DNA of 64,000 bases, from the NCBI GenBank assembly GCA_044450345.1, contig JBIOIY010000004.1, positions 1 through 64,000 of the forward strand, in the 5' to 3' direction. The notes beneath the pieces were generated by a model. The model saw only the letters and a program-made list of their open reading frames with translations. It was not told the DNA's origin and searched no databases. This document shows positions 18,892 through 28,132 of this stretch, one piece after another. Made by a program: the position numbers and the translations under genes. This DNA is from Thermodesulfovibrionales bacterium (GTDB lineage Bacteria > Nitrospirota > Thermodesulfovibrionia > Thermodesulfovibrionales > UBA6898). Each line of letters starts with the position of its first letter. Positions within the stretch are counted from its first letter, which is position 1.

Positions 18892-19311
18892 GCTAAGAAC
18901 CCTGTTATCATAGTCACATATATTTTAGGGAGCATAGATTTCCCACTGCCTAAAAAAGATTTACCCCGGCGCACTTTTTTTCCACACGGGATTCTCCGGA
19001 TCTTCTCAGGGAGCATAATCACCTGATAGATATCCAATTATAACATTTTCGGGTCTCTATTCCGGCCTTTTACATCGACCACAAGGGGGTATCTTTTTTT
19101 GTTTTGTAAGGCTGAATTTCACATATACCGCTCAAAATAATCGCGTCCAGGTATCTGATTGTGCCATTACCGCCCACCAAAAAACTGCTACCTGTAAATT
19201 GCCGTCAAGGGAATGATTCCAATTCAGTGAATAGGTGCGGATGAACATAGTAAGAAATGAGGATAACTCCGAAGGCGGCAGAGTATTTAGATTCGGACTC
19301 ATTTTTCCAAA

Positions 19312-20019
19312 CTACATTTTTTTCGCGACGACAAAATAAATTGCGGCATTATCTTTAGCGTATTGTTTCTCCAGTTTATCTTGAAACGACATCATAACAT
19401 TGGTGAAAAAAGAAACAGCGTGAAATAAGAATTTTAAAATGGGGCCCCTGTCCGCTAATATACGCTTCAGGTAAAAAAGTCTTAATTGTGAGCTATAAGC
19501 AAGTGTCCCCAATATCCATAATGTGTCAATAACTTTAAACCCTGACTCTTCAATAATTCGCGACAGTCCTTCATGCGTCCATCGCCACAAGTCTTTTGGA
19601 CATGGATGCCAAATCCACTGACCATGTGTCGACAGCAAAAGCAGTCCATTTTTCCCAAGAAGTCTGTTTGCTTCCGCGAGATAAGTCGTAACATCCTCGA
19701 CATGTTCCAAGACCTGAATCGAAAGTACTATATCAAAACTCTCAGCGGGGAGAGGGACCTTACTGTCCGCCCCAATTGTTATTTCAGCGTGGGGGTTTCC
19801 TTCTATATCACAGGTAACATATTGTGTTACTTTGCTGACAAACAAAGGCAAATATGGCATGTCTCCGCACCCATAATCCATAAGTTTCTTGTACTCCGGA
19901 TTGCCGTCGATATATTTTCCTATCACCTCATTGACGACATTCTTAAGTCGGATCAACGCATAGTAATTATGGTCGTATCTCTTTGGGAAGAGGCGTCTAT
20001 TTGGAGAACCCATTCTCAA
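19312..20019 (-). CDS. Class I SAM-dependent methyltransferase
   Basis: MDYGCGDMPY, FDIVLSIQVLEHVED, HPCPKDLWRWT. Confidence 0.88.
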   Translation of the reverse strand: MRMGSPNRRLFPKRYDHNYYALIRLKNVVNEVIGKYIDGNPEYKKLMDYGCGDMPYLPLFVSKVTQYVTCDIEGNPHAEITIGADSKVPLPAESFDIVLSIQVLEHVEDVTTYLAEANRLLGKNGLLLLSTHGQWIWHPCPKDLWRWTHEGLSRIIEESGFKVIDTLWILGTLAYSSQLRLFYLKRILADRGPILKFLFHAVSFFTNVMMSFQDKLEKQYAKDNAAIYFVVAKKM

Positions 20020-20216
20020 GCCCTTTATCCAACGAGTTCCTTTGTATGCAAGTATTGTGTTTCATTTTGGCGCGATCTGCCCTCATCAGGACATTAAATA
20101 TAATAACAGAAGTTGCACAGAATGGATACTGAGCGGCGCAGATCAACACACGAAGAGTGGAAGCGTCAGAGAGGAAAAAACGTTGTGAGATCGGCCTTGG
20201 CTGAACATTTTCTTCA

Positions 20217-20255
20217 GGAAATCAGCTGCCCGGCTACAACAGGCAGCTGATTTCC
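20217..20255 (-). terminator. Stem-loop, probable terminator after the S74-domain gene
   Basis: ggaaatcagctgcc / ggcagctgatttcc 14-bp perfect stem. Confidence 0.6.
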
Positions 20256-20283
20256 CAAAAATAAAGGATGCTATTATTTATGC

Positions 20284-21096
20284 TTAAAGGTCTTTGTGAT
20301 TCTTTGAAGCTTTCTCGATCATATCGATCTTGGCCGACAACGCCTCGATCGTTTTGTTCTGCTCCTGAACTACTTTCGTCAAGACAGCCACTATGTCCAT
20401 AGGGCTAAGGCTCTTTCGATCTTTCGATGCCACTAATTCAGGAACATCTTCAGCGATAAAACCAACATGGGACTCATCGTTATTCTTATAGTTGTAAGTC
20501 ACGGGGGTAATAGTCTTTATTGCATCCATGGCCTTTTCTGCAGAAAGTTCGTTTATGTTGTCCTTGGCTGCGCGACTTGAAGTCTGCGAAATCGTTCCGA
20601 CAACATTTAGGCCAGTATCATTGAGTGTCATTTTGACAGCCTTTGTTATGCTTCCTACATGAGTTGTCTCAAAAGTGAAGTAGGTCCCCTGCGCACTTGC
20701 TGTGAAATTCTCTGCGGCTCTGAAATAGACACCTATCTTATTAGCGCTGAAAGCACCTGCACTCGTATATCCTGCAGCAACAAACCCCCCTAAGAGTCCA
20801 TTAGCAAGGACCTGCGATGGACTGGCAGCACTACCTCCTGCGGCCCTGAATACTGCTCCTGGATTGGCGCCATATCTTGTAAGTCGAATGTTTGTTGATA
20901 TGCCATCCCCCTGAATATCCATCGGCTCCGTCGGTGCCACATTGCCAACTCCAACTAGCCCCCCATCGGTTACAGTAAACGCCGGATTCGTACCCCCTGA
21001 GTCCATCACTTTCAGCTTATCAGCGCCAAACCCCGGCGTTACCAAGAGACTTGCGAGGGCTGCAACCGCCATAACAACTACCAATAACTTTTTCAT
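20284..21096 (-). CDS. Secreted fibre-like protein with C-terminal peptidase S74 intramolecular chaperone domain
   Basis: Sec signal peptide; G.VGVGN..P...DI.G repeat unit; SSRAAKDNI (Ser-Lys dyad position), PVTYNYK, GFIAEDVPELV, terminal coiled coil. Confidence 0.8.
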   Translation of the reverse strand: MKKLLVVVMAVAALASLLVTPGFGADKLKVMDSGGTNPAFTVTDGGLVGVGNVAPTEPMDIQGDGISTNIRLTRYGANPGAVFRAAGGSAASPSQVLANGLLGGFVAAGYTSAGAFSANKIGVYFRAAENFTASAQGTYFTFETTHVGSITKAVKMTLNDTGLNVVGTISQTSSRAAKDNINELSAEKAMDAIKTITPVTYNYKNNDESHVGFIAEDVPELVASKDRKSLSPMDIVAVLTKVVQEQNKTIEALSAKIDMIEKASKNHKDL

Positions 21097-21446
21097 ATCT
21101 TTTCTCCTTTCAGGTGAGTGTTTTATTTTAAAGAAGGCTCACTTATTCTCCACTTTCCCCCATATTTAATAAAATACCCCTTTTATCAAAAATAAGCAAT
21201 ATCAATACTGTCTCAGACAGTCGCTGCGACCGCCGCCGGAATCTGCCTCGCTGCCGAGGCAGGCACGGGAAAGGACATTTCTTTGATAGAGCTTCGTAGA
21301 AGATGGTCTCGCTTACTCCTCGGCGTCGGATTACCTTGTGGCGAAGAGGCACTGTGCCGCCTCACCAGGGCGGTGAGGCGGTTTGGGTATCGTCTTGGTT
21401 ACACCTCTCACGCACTGAGGGCTCACCGGATCCCGTCAATCCTGGA

Positions 21447-22187
21447 TCACTTTATGGCTAGTAACTCTACCTCATAAATCAGCGTTGCATACGGGCCGAT
21501 GATGCCCCTTCCTCCCCCCACGTAAGCGAGTCGGGATGGGATGAAGAGCTGCCACTTGGACCCTACCGGCATGAGCTTGAACGCCTCTCTCAACCCCGCG
21601 ATTACCCTGTAGTCGGAGACCTTGATCGTCGCCGGCTGACCGGTGTCAAAGTTGTTCTCGAACTCTGTCCCATTGATAAGAGTGCCCCGGTAATAGACCT
21701 CCACCGTATCTTCGGCGGTGGGTTTTTTGCCCTCGCCCGCCTTTAGAATCTTGTACTGTAGTCCGCTGGGCAGGGTCACTACGCCTTCCTTGGTCTTGTT
21801 GGAAGCCAGGAACTCCTGTCCTTCCTTCTTATTGTCCAGCCCGGCGACCATCCTTCCTCCGCGCTGCTTCGCAACCATTTCGCCCCTGAATTCAATCATG
21901 GTATCAGCGATGTCCTCGGCGGACATCAGGAGTTTGCGGCCCGCGTCCGCGTCCTTCATCCCCCTGATTACGAGGTCGAGGTCTATGTCCATCCCCAGCC
22001 GCTTGTAGTTTTTGACGGTCTCCACGCCCAGGCTGTAACTGTTCCATTCCTTTTTTGTCGTAAGGACCGGCGTCCCGCCGCCGGCTTTATCGGGCGGGAC
22101 AGGAGCGACCTCTTCGGTGAAGCCCACCTGCGCTGCCAACAGCCAAACTATCAGGGCGACCAGCCCTTTCATCCATCTCCGTCTCAT
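21447..22187 (-). CDS. FKBP-type peptidyl-prolyl isomerase (FkpA/Mip-like)
   Basis: SYSLG, G..FLA.N....GV..LPSGLQY, V.VYYRGTLINGTEF, IPS.LAY, LIYEVELL; start at ATG 22187 behind AGGAGG. Confidence 0.92.
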   Translation of the reverse strand: MRRRWMKGLVALIVWLLAAQVGFTEEVAPVPPDKAGGGTPVLTTKKEWNSYSLGVETVKNYKRLGMDIDLDLVIRGMKDADAGRKLLMSAEDIADTMIEFRGEMVAKQRGGRMVAGLDNKKEGQEFLASNKTKEGVVTLPSGLQYKILKAGEGKKPTAEDTVEVYYRGTLINGTEFENNFDTGQPATIKVSDYRVIAGLREAFKLMPVGSKWQLFIPSRLAYVGGGRGIIGPYATLIYEVELLAIK

Positions 22188-22306
22188 GAGTCCTCCTCGG
22201 TGAAATATAATCAGTAAAATATAATTATAATTGGTGAAATATAATTGGTAAATAGGGGAATGAGTTGAAGGGCGGCAGGCCTGCCGCCCTTCCAAAAACT
22301 AGCTTG

Positions 22307-22669
22307 CTAAGGTATCTTCACTGTCGTTATCTTCGACCATGCCGAGGGCCCCGTCGCGGTCTCCTGTCTCATACGGAAGTGGTACGTATTAGACTTGGGC
22401 AAACGGCCCGTGGTAAAGGTCCGCGCAGCGGCCCCGGCCTTATACGTCTTTGCTCCCTGGATGAAGTCGGCGCTCTGTATTGTGAAGCCCTGGGGTGCTC
22501 CTGTGGCACTCCATGTTAACGTCACCGTGTCCGCGTTTGCCTTTGCCGCTACAGCCGGAGCGGAGACAGCGGCGTCCGCTGTCGTCATCGGCCCCACGGT
22601 GAATCCAAACTGCGCCGCAAAAAGCCAAAATGCAAGGGCGGCGATTCCTATAATCCATTTCTGTCTCAT
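22307..22669 (-). CDS. Small secreted fibronectin type III domain protein
   Basis: Signal peptide; VTLTW...FTIQ...L..SNTYHFRMR...G.SAWS; resembles the last FN3 domain of the upstream oxidase. Confidence 0.75.
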   Translation of the reverse strand: MRQKWIIGIAALAFWLFAAQFGFTVGPMTTADAAVSAPAVAAKANADTVTLTWSATGAPQGFTIQSADFIQGAKTYKAGAAARTFTTGRLPKSNTYHFRMRQETATGPSAWSKITTVKIP

Positions 22670-22779
22670 AATTCCTCCTCGTTAAATTCAATTCAGCATA
22701 TCCGGTCAGCACATCCGGATGAAAACTGAGGGGAGGGGGGCAGGCTTGCCGCCCTCCCCAAGACTCCGATTGAACTACC

Positions 22780-25700
22780 CTAAGGCGCTACTACCGCAAT
22801 TTCCGCCGTATACGGCGTAGAAACTCCCGGCAGCATATCCGTCCTTATACGGTACCAGTACGTATTGCCCGGTGTAAGACCGGTATTTACAAAGGTCCTC
22901 AGCGTCCCGGGGGTGACGACGTAGGTCGTTATTCCCACGGTGAAGTCGAGCCTCTGTATCGTGAAGCTGGTGGGATTTACGCCGGAGACCCAGGTCAACG
23001 TCGCTGTGTCCGTTCCATTACCTGCGCTCACGGCACCTCCCGCAAGACCAGTCGGGGGCCAGACCGTCGCAACGGCAAAGGGAGCGCTCCATCCGGATGC
23101 GCCCGCCGCGTTCGATGCCGAGACCCTGTAGTAGTACGTCTGGTTCAGCACGACAGTGTTGTCGACGGTTGTGGTCGGCGCGGGATTCCCGATGACTGAC
23201 CACTGTGCCGGGGCTGGGGTCGTAAAGTTGGTGGTGTTAGTCGCCCTCTGGATTACGTATTTGGTCGCCCCGTTTAAGTTGGACTCGGCCCACCCCAAAT
23301 TCACGTGTAGCGACGGCACGTTAAACATATTGTAAAACAATCCTGTGGGTGTAGCCGGCACAGGGACATTAAACACGACAGGCCGCATAAAGTCATTCTC
23401 TTCATGCCCCAGCATGTGGCAGTGGAAGACGTACTCAAAGCCGAAGTTGGTCATCACATTGCTGAGTTGGGGCACGGCCGCTATGCCTGCAGGCGGCGCG
23501 ACCGGATAGAAGCTCACAGTGGAGTTAAGCGGTGTAGTCGGGTCCAAAACCCGCATGCTTACCGGTAGCGTAAACGGCAGATACACCTGATGCGGCTTGA
23601 ACGCCACGATGATGTCTTCCATCGGGTTGGTCCTGATGGTGTCCCTCCACCCGATCTCCTCTGAATAGGGCGGCTTTACGACGTTGGTCCAGTCGATCCT
23701 GTTGACAACCTGCACGTCGAACAGGTGGAAGTGTAGGGCATGAGAGTCGACACCCAGGTGCGTAATACGCCAGACGGTAGCTTCGTTGTCGTTTACGATC
23801 TCGGTCGGCGGGTCTATATAACGCGCCAAGCCCATAACAAAGCCCGCGCCTACAGTCGGCGTGAGCGGGTTAGGGGTCGATCCCAATCTGATGTCCAACC
23901 TTCCATACTCAGGGTCGTTACCCTCAGTGATGCTTTTAGTTGTCATAACCGCTATCGCTCCATTAAGAAGGGCTACTGCCGCGGCAGCTTGGCCGTGGTT
24001 GGCCGGATCGGTTATGTATACACGAGGTTCCCTGGTATACCCGCCGCCCGGGTTCGTGACCGTGATGGAGCCCACGGTATTTGCCACTGCTACGAATGTC
24101 GAGCATGTGGCCGCGGTCGTGCAGCCTGTTATGGTGCATGTAGGGGCCACAGTAGTGCTGTAGTTCGAGCCCGGCTCATCGACGGTCAGTGAGTTGACGA
24201 TGCCGCCCGACACTATCGCCTTGACTGTAGCTTGTACACCGCCTGCGCCAGGCGCACCTATCGCAACGGCAGCAGCCGAGGTGCAGCCCGCGCCGGAAGT
24301 CAAGAGCGTAACGCCGCCCATGGGATTAAGTCCCGCGGTGGCCAAAGCGCCTGAGCCGCCGCCGCCGACGATTGTGACGACTGGAAGCCCGGCCGGCCCG
24401 GCTATCGTCCCATAATTGTTGCCCGGAGCTATTGTCTTGATCTGTTTGATGCTCTGAGCGACGCCTGAAAGATTCACTGTGCTTTCAGGGGCCTGGACAT
24501 AATTGTTAGCCGTTGCAGTGTGAGGACCAGTGGGAAAGGCAGCATTATAGGCCAGCTGCGGCACTATAGGAGGGTCCTGGGCAATTGCGAAGGCCTTCGG
24601 TATCATTGTCTGCAGCGCGGCCAGGTTGAAGGTCGACGGAACAAAACCCGCAGGGGTCTTGATCCTGATCTGCATAACTGTCCTGGTGTTGGGGCCGAAA
24701 CCCGGAGGGGTTGTGGGCGGCCCGCCGACTACCCTCTGGTCAGGGTTGTCCGTGTAGTAGTCGTTGATCGGCCATGGCTGCGGCAAGGGCGCCGGAGCGT
24801 CGTTATAAAGAAGATACGTGCTGCCGTCCGTGGCACCCCTTAGGTCCACGATGACGTCTGCGCGCTGGGCCGGGAACATAAGGAGCGAATGGCTCGTGAC
24901 GCCCGCAAACGGGATGTTCTGGCGAACATATTCGAAATCTACCGGCTGCGGGGGGATCACAGCGACCTGGGCCAGGAGGCCGCCTTCGTTTCCGATCAGG
25001 ATCCAGGGCGGGCCCTGTGTGGTCGGATCAGGCACGCCGCCGTCCCTGCCGTCTTTGGGCCAGGTCGGATACGACGGGTTCGGGGCCGCGTCAACCATCC
25101 TGACTTCGGTATTGGTATACGCGTTAGCGGTAGCGCCTGAGCCGCCGCCGGTGCCGGGTACGACAGCAACAGCAGGAACGGCCGTGTAGCCCGCTGCGCC
25201 TGTAACCGTGATTCCGAGGATCTGTCCCGGAGGGGCTACCGTCGCCGTTGCTACACAGGTGGTGACTCCGCTGCCCGTGACAGTGACAATGGGAGCAACC
25301 GTGAAACCTGTGCACCCGTTAAACTGGAATCCTGTTATCATACCACCGCTATTCATGCCGATTATCGCCGCAACTTGAGTACATCCAGCTGTCAACGACG
25401 TGTCAGGCGCTACGGGCGTGATAGTGACAACGGGAGGGGCCGTGTAACCGATGCAACCCCAGGAAGCCGAGATGTTGGTTATTTCACCTGTAGAAACTTG
25501 TGCTGCCGCTGAAGTATAGGTGCCTGTTACGTCACCCAAGGCATTTGTTATGGTGACGGTAGGCGGCGTGCATGTACCTGTTCCCGCTCCGGTGCAGCAG
25601 AGAGCAGGCACTCCGGCCGCGGTGCAGGACGCATTAAGATACCCCGAACCTGGATTTGTCAGGGTGATCGTCAAGGGGTCCGCCTTATACAACTGCAGGT

Positions 25701-27558
25701 TAAAGGAGCGGTCGTTGCCTACGCTCAGGATCCTGAAGCGGACCGCATCGGGCGGCAGCTCGACGTAAGGGAATGCGGTGCCGTTTACGACGGCCGTGTC
25801 CCCGAATGACTCAGGAGTAGTGGTCGGGCTGGGCAGTGTGAGAAACAATGGGGCCATAGGCGGGATCATGAACGGGCCGTAGTCCCATCTGCCGTTGGTC
25901 ATGTTTCCGGTCGGGTCAAAGATGTTTTCGACCGGCATATACTCGTGGCTCATCCAGAGGTTCCCGCCGCCGACCGTTGGTCCCGGGTATCGTGACATTG
26001 CCGTTGGTGGTGCAAACCAGAGAGGGTCGGTGTCGGCCGTATGGAAGGTATGATCGTACGTCGCACTCGGGAAATTCGGAGACCGGAGGGCATCCGTAGA
26101 GCCGTCGTTCACAAAGGACTTGTCCTGAATTACCAGCGGAATCCCATAGCGGTAAATCCCGCCAAGGTTAGGCAATATCTTAGGGTTGCTACCAGCAGGT
26201 AGCGGGGCGAGCGGGCCGTAAACGCCTGAATAGTTGGAGCCGTCGATGAGGTCGTCCTCGACCTGGTCGACGAGCAGGTAGCCTGCAGCAACTCCCTTAT
26301 AGACGGTCAGGCGGGTGGTCCCGAAGGCATGGTCGTGCCAGAACATCAACCGGGCGCTCTGCTCATTACTAAAGAAGGAAGTTGTCATGCCGTCGCCGGC
26401 TGACGGAGCCGCAATGGTTTTTCCCGCGCCGATCATGTCGGGCACGTTTGTAAGAGCCACGCCCTTTTGATAGATAGTCGGGTCCCCGGCAGGGGTAAGC
26501 CATTGGTGCGGCGTGCCGTCGCTGATCCACGGGGTGCGGCCGCCGTGGAGGTGAGGTGTGGTGAGGCGGTTCTCAGTGTAAAGAGTGGTCGCGTTCGTGG
26601 GACCTGTCCCCGCGCCCATGAGGGTTGTGTCAATGGGTAAGCCCATCCTGCCCCCCGCAGTATTCGAAAGCGGAAGTCCATTGGTGAATTTGAGGCGCAC
26701 CGGCGCGCCGTTACAGGCCCTGCCCGAGATCGAAGATGGGCAGCCGTCTTTGGGCGGCTTGCTGGGGTCATATACCCTGGCGAGGAGCAGCGGTCCAAGG
26801 TACTGGCTCACTCCGCAGACATTGTCGCCAGGGGTGCAGCCGCCGGTATAGCCGGTGTGCGGCAGCGACTCAGTTTGCTGATAACCCCAGAGTGAGGTCG
26901 GCGGCAGGTCCGAGTTCATCTTGGTACTATAAGCTTTTCCTTTTATTTCATAATAATCGTGACCCGGATATAATGGGTTCGCCTCCGGAACGGCTACAGG
27001 TATAAACTGTCCGAGATTGTTCGCATTGCAAGTACCGTCGGAATAAGCTACACACGAACCTGTTCCGGCTGCGGTACAACAAGCAACGGGCGCGCCGGCT
27101 CCGGTGCAGGATGCATTTGAGAAGGTCGGAGTGCCTAAAAAGCAACCCGCCGTCCCCAAACCGGGCAGCTTGTCGACGAACTTCCTGATATTAGGGCTCT
27201 GGCTGTAATTCGGCAGGTCGTAGTTGACCGAGTTGTTGAACCCTATGCCAGGATTGTAGTGCGGCGGCGCAACGTTCGCCGCCCACGGATAGACGTACGC
27301 GACGTTAGGTGTCCGTACGTGCGGCGGCGGCGTCGAAGGCAGCGCCGGCGTCACGCCTTCCGGCTGTGGCGAGTTGGCAATATTCGTAAGGACTTGCTTG
27401 AACAGGGGGTCGTTCGCGGCCCGGTCTATTGCCGCCTGCTCAATAGCCTTCATGGCATCCTGCCTGCTCAATGGTTCGTCTGCAGCAGCAATGCCGGCAC
27501 AACAGCAAAGGGCGACAGCTATCATCAGCCATCTCAAGATTGATCTTCGGTTACTCAT
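22780..27558 (-). CDS. Giant secreted multicopper oxidase (CotA/bilirubin-oxidase type) with inserted beta-rich repeats and two C-terminal FN3 domains
   Basis: All four Cu motifs: HLHGG, FWHDH, HALHFH, HCHMLGHEENDFM; signal peptide; FN3 motifs YYYRVSA.N..G.S.WS and GLTPGNTYWYRI. Confidence 0.88.
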   Translation of the reverse strand: MSNRRSILRWLMIAVALCCCAGIAAADEPLSRQDAMKAIEQAAIDRAANDPLFKQVLTNIANSPQPEGVTPALPSTPPPHVRTPNVAYVYPWAANVAPPHYNPGIGFNNSVNYDLPNYSQSPNIRKFVDKLPGLGTAGCFLGTPTFSNASCTGAGAPVACCTAAGTGSCVAYSDGTCNANNLGQFIPVAVPEANPLYPGHDYYEIKGKAYSTKMNSDLPPTSLWGYQQTESLPHTGYTGGCTPGDNVCGVSQYLGPLLLARVYDPSKPPKDGCPSSISGRACNGAPVRLKFTNGLPLSNTAGGRMGLPIDTTLMGAGTGPTNATTLYTENRLTTPHLHGGRTPWISDGTPHQWLTPAGDPTIYQKGVALTNVPDMIGAGKTIAAPSAGDGMTTSFFSNEQSARLMFWHDHAFGTTRLTVYKGVAAGYLLVDQVEDDLIDGSNYSGVYGPLAPLPAGSNPKILPNLGGIYRYGIPLVIQDKSFVNDGSTDALRSPNFPSATYDHTFHTADTDPLWFAPPTAMSRYPGPTVGGGNLWMSHEYMPVENIFDPTGNMTNGRWDYGPFMIPPMAPLFLTLPSPTTTPESFGDTAVVNGTAFPYVELPPDAVRFRILSVGNDRSFNLQLYKADPLTITLTNPGSGYLNASCTAAGVPALCCTGAGTGTCTPPTVTITNALGDVTGTYTSAAAQVSTGEITNISASWGCIGYTAPPVVTITPVAPDTSLTAGCTQVAAIIGMNSGGMITGFQFNGCTGFTVAPIVTVTGSGVTTCVATATVAPPGQILGITVTGAAGYTAVPAVAVVPGTGGGSGATANAYTNTEVRMVDAAPNPSYPTWPKDGRDGGVPDPTTQGPPWILIGNEGGLLAQVAVIPPQPVDFEYVRQNIPFAGVTSHSLLMFPAQRADVIVDLRGATDGSTYLLYNDAPAPLPQPWPINDYYTDNPDQRVVGGPPTTPPGFGPNTRTVMQIRIKTPAGFVPSTFNLAALQTMIPKAFAIAQDPPIVPQLAYNAAFPTGPHTATANNYVQAPESTVNLSGVAQSIKQIKTIAPGNNYGTIAGPAGLPVVTIVGGGGSGALATAGLNPMGGVTLLTSGAGCTSAAAVAIGAPGAGGVQATVKAIVSGGIVNSLTVDEPGSNYSTTVAPTCTITGCTTAATCSTFVAVANTVGSITVTNPGGGYTREPRVYITDPANHGQAAAAVALLNGAIAVMTTKSITEGNDPEYGRLDIRLGSTPNPLTPTVGAGFVMGLARYIDPPTEIVNDNEATVWRITHLGVDSHALHFHLFDVQVVNRIDWTNVVKPPYSEEIGWRDTIRTNPMEDIIVAFKPHQVYLPFTLPVSMRVLDPTTPLNSTVSFYPVAPPAGIAAVPQLSNVMTNFGFEYVFHCHMLGHEENDFMRPVVFNVPVPATPTGLFYNMFNVPSLHVNLGWAESNLNGATKYVIQRATNTTNFTTPAPAQWSVIGNPAPTTTVDNTVVLNQTYYYRVSASNAAGASGWSAPFAVATVWPPTGLAGGAVSAGNGTDTATLTWVSGVNPTSFTIQRLDFTVGITTYVVTPGTLRTFVNTGLTPGNTYWYRIRTDMLPGVSTPYTAEIAVVAP

Positions 27559-28132
27559 AATTCCATTTCCTCCTTTTTACGTGTTCTCGTGATACCATAA
27601 TTACAAGGTCGGTTTTTTACCATAAGCACCCTTCCTCCTCTGATAACCAAAGATGGTTTTTAATAAAGTCTTGCCATACTCTAAACATCAAATTTCTCCT
27701 TTCTGTATAAAAGCACCCTGAAAAGTGTCTCAAAAATAACGAGCCGCAATATCAACTTCCCCCCTCGCATGTCTTTGAGTTACTTTAAAATATTGCACAT
27801 AATAACAAAAGAGAACAATCGGACTTAGTCTGATTTTATTGTAAGGCTTTATCCTACAAAATTAAGTTATTTTAATAAGTTTCTATAATATTTAAAAATC
27901 CTTTGATAATTAAGGTGTTATGGCGCTTTTTTTCTCTTTAATATTATCCAATTTACTATAGAATAAACTATATAAAAGGTGAAAGCAAGCAAAAAATAAT
28001 ATCCAGTCAGATAAAAAAGTGAACAACCTTGCGGAGCACGAGGAGAATCGGGAATTCTTTACCTCCCCCATCCCTTGCCAAGGAGGGGAAAGAGGGGCGG
28101 TCGACGTTCTCGGAGGGATATCCTGCCGGAGA

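Noticed and set aside
18895..19310. Possible decayed gene between two glycan genes
   Set aside because: Only short stop-interrupted frames (for example GGNGTIRYLDAII); no family can be assigned without a search
20284..21096. Prophage, suggested by the tail-fibre chaperone domain
   Set aside because: The protein has a signal peptide and no integrase, capsid, terminase or other tail genes are nearby
21220..21440. GC-rich hairpins between the FKBP and S74 genes as a possible ncRNA
   Set aside because: No recognisable family motif; could be a terminator or repeat remnants
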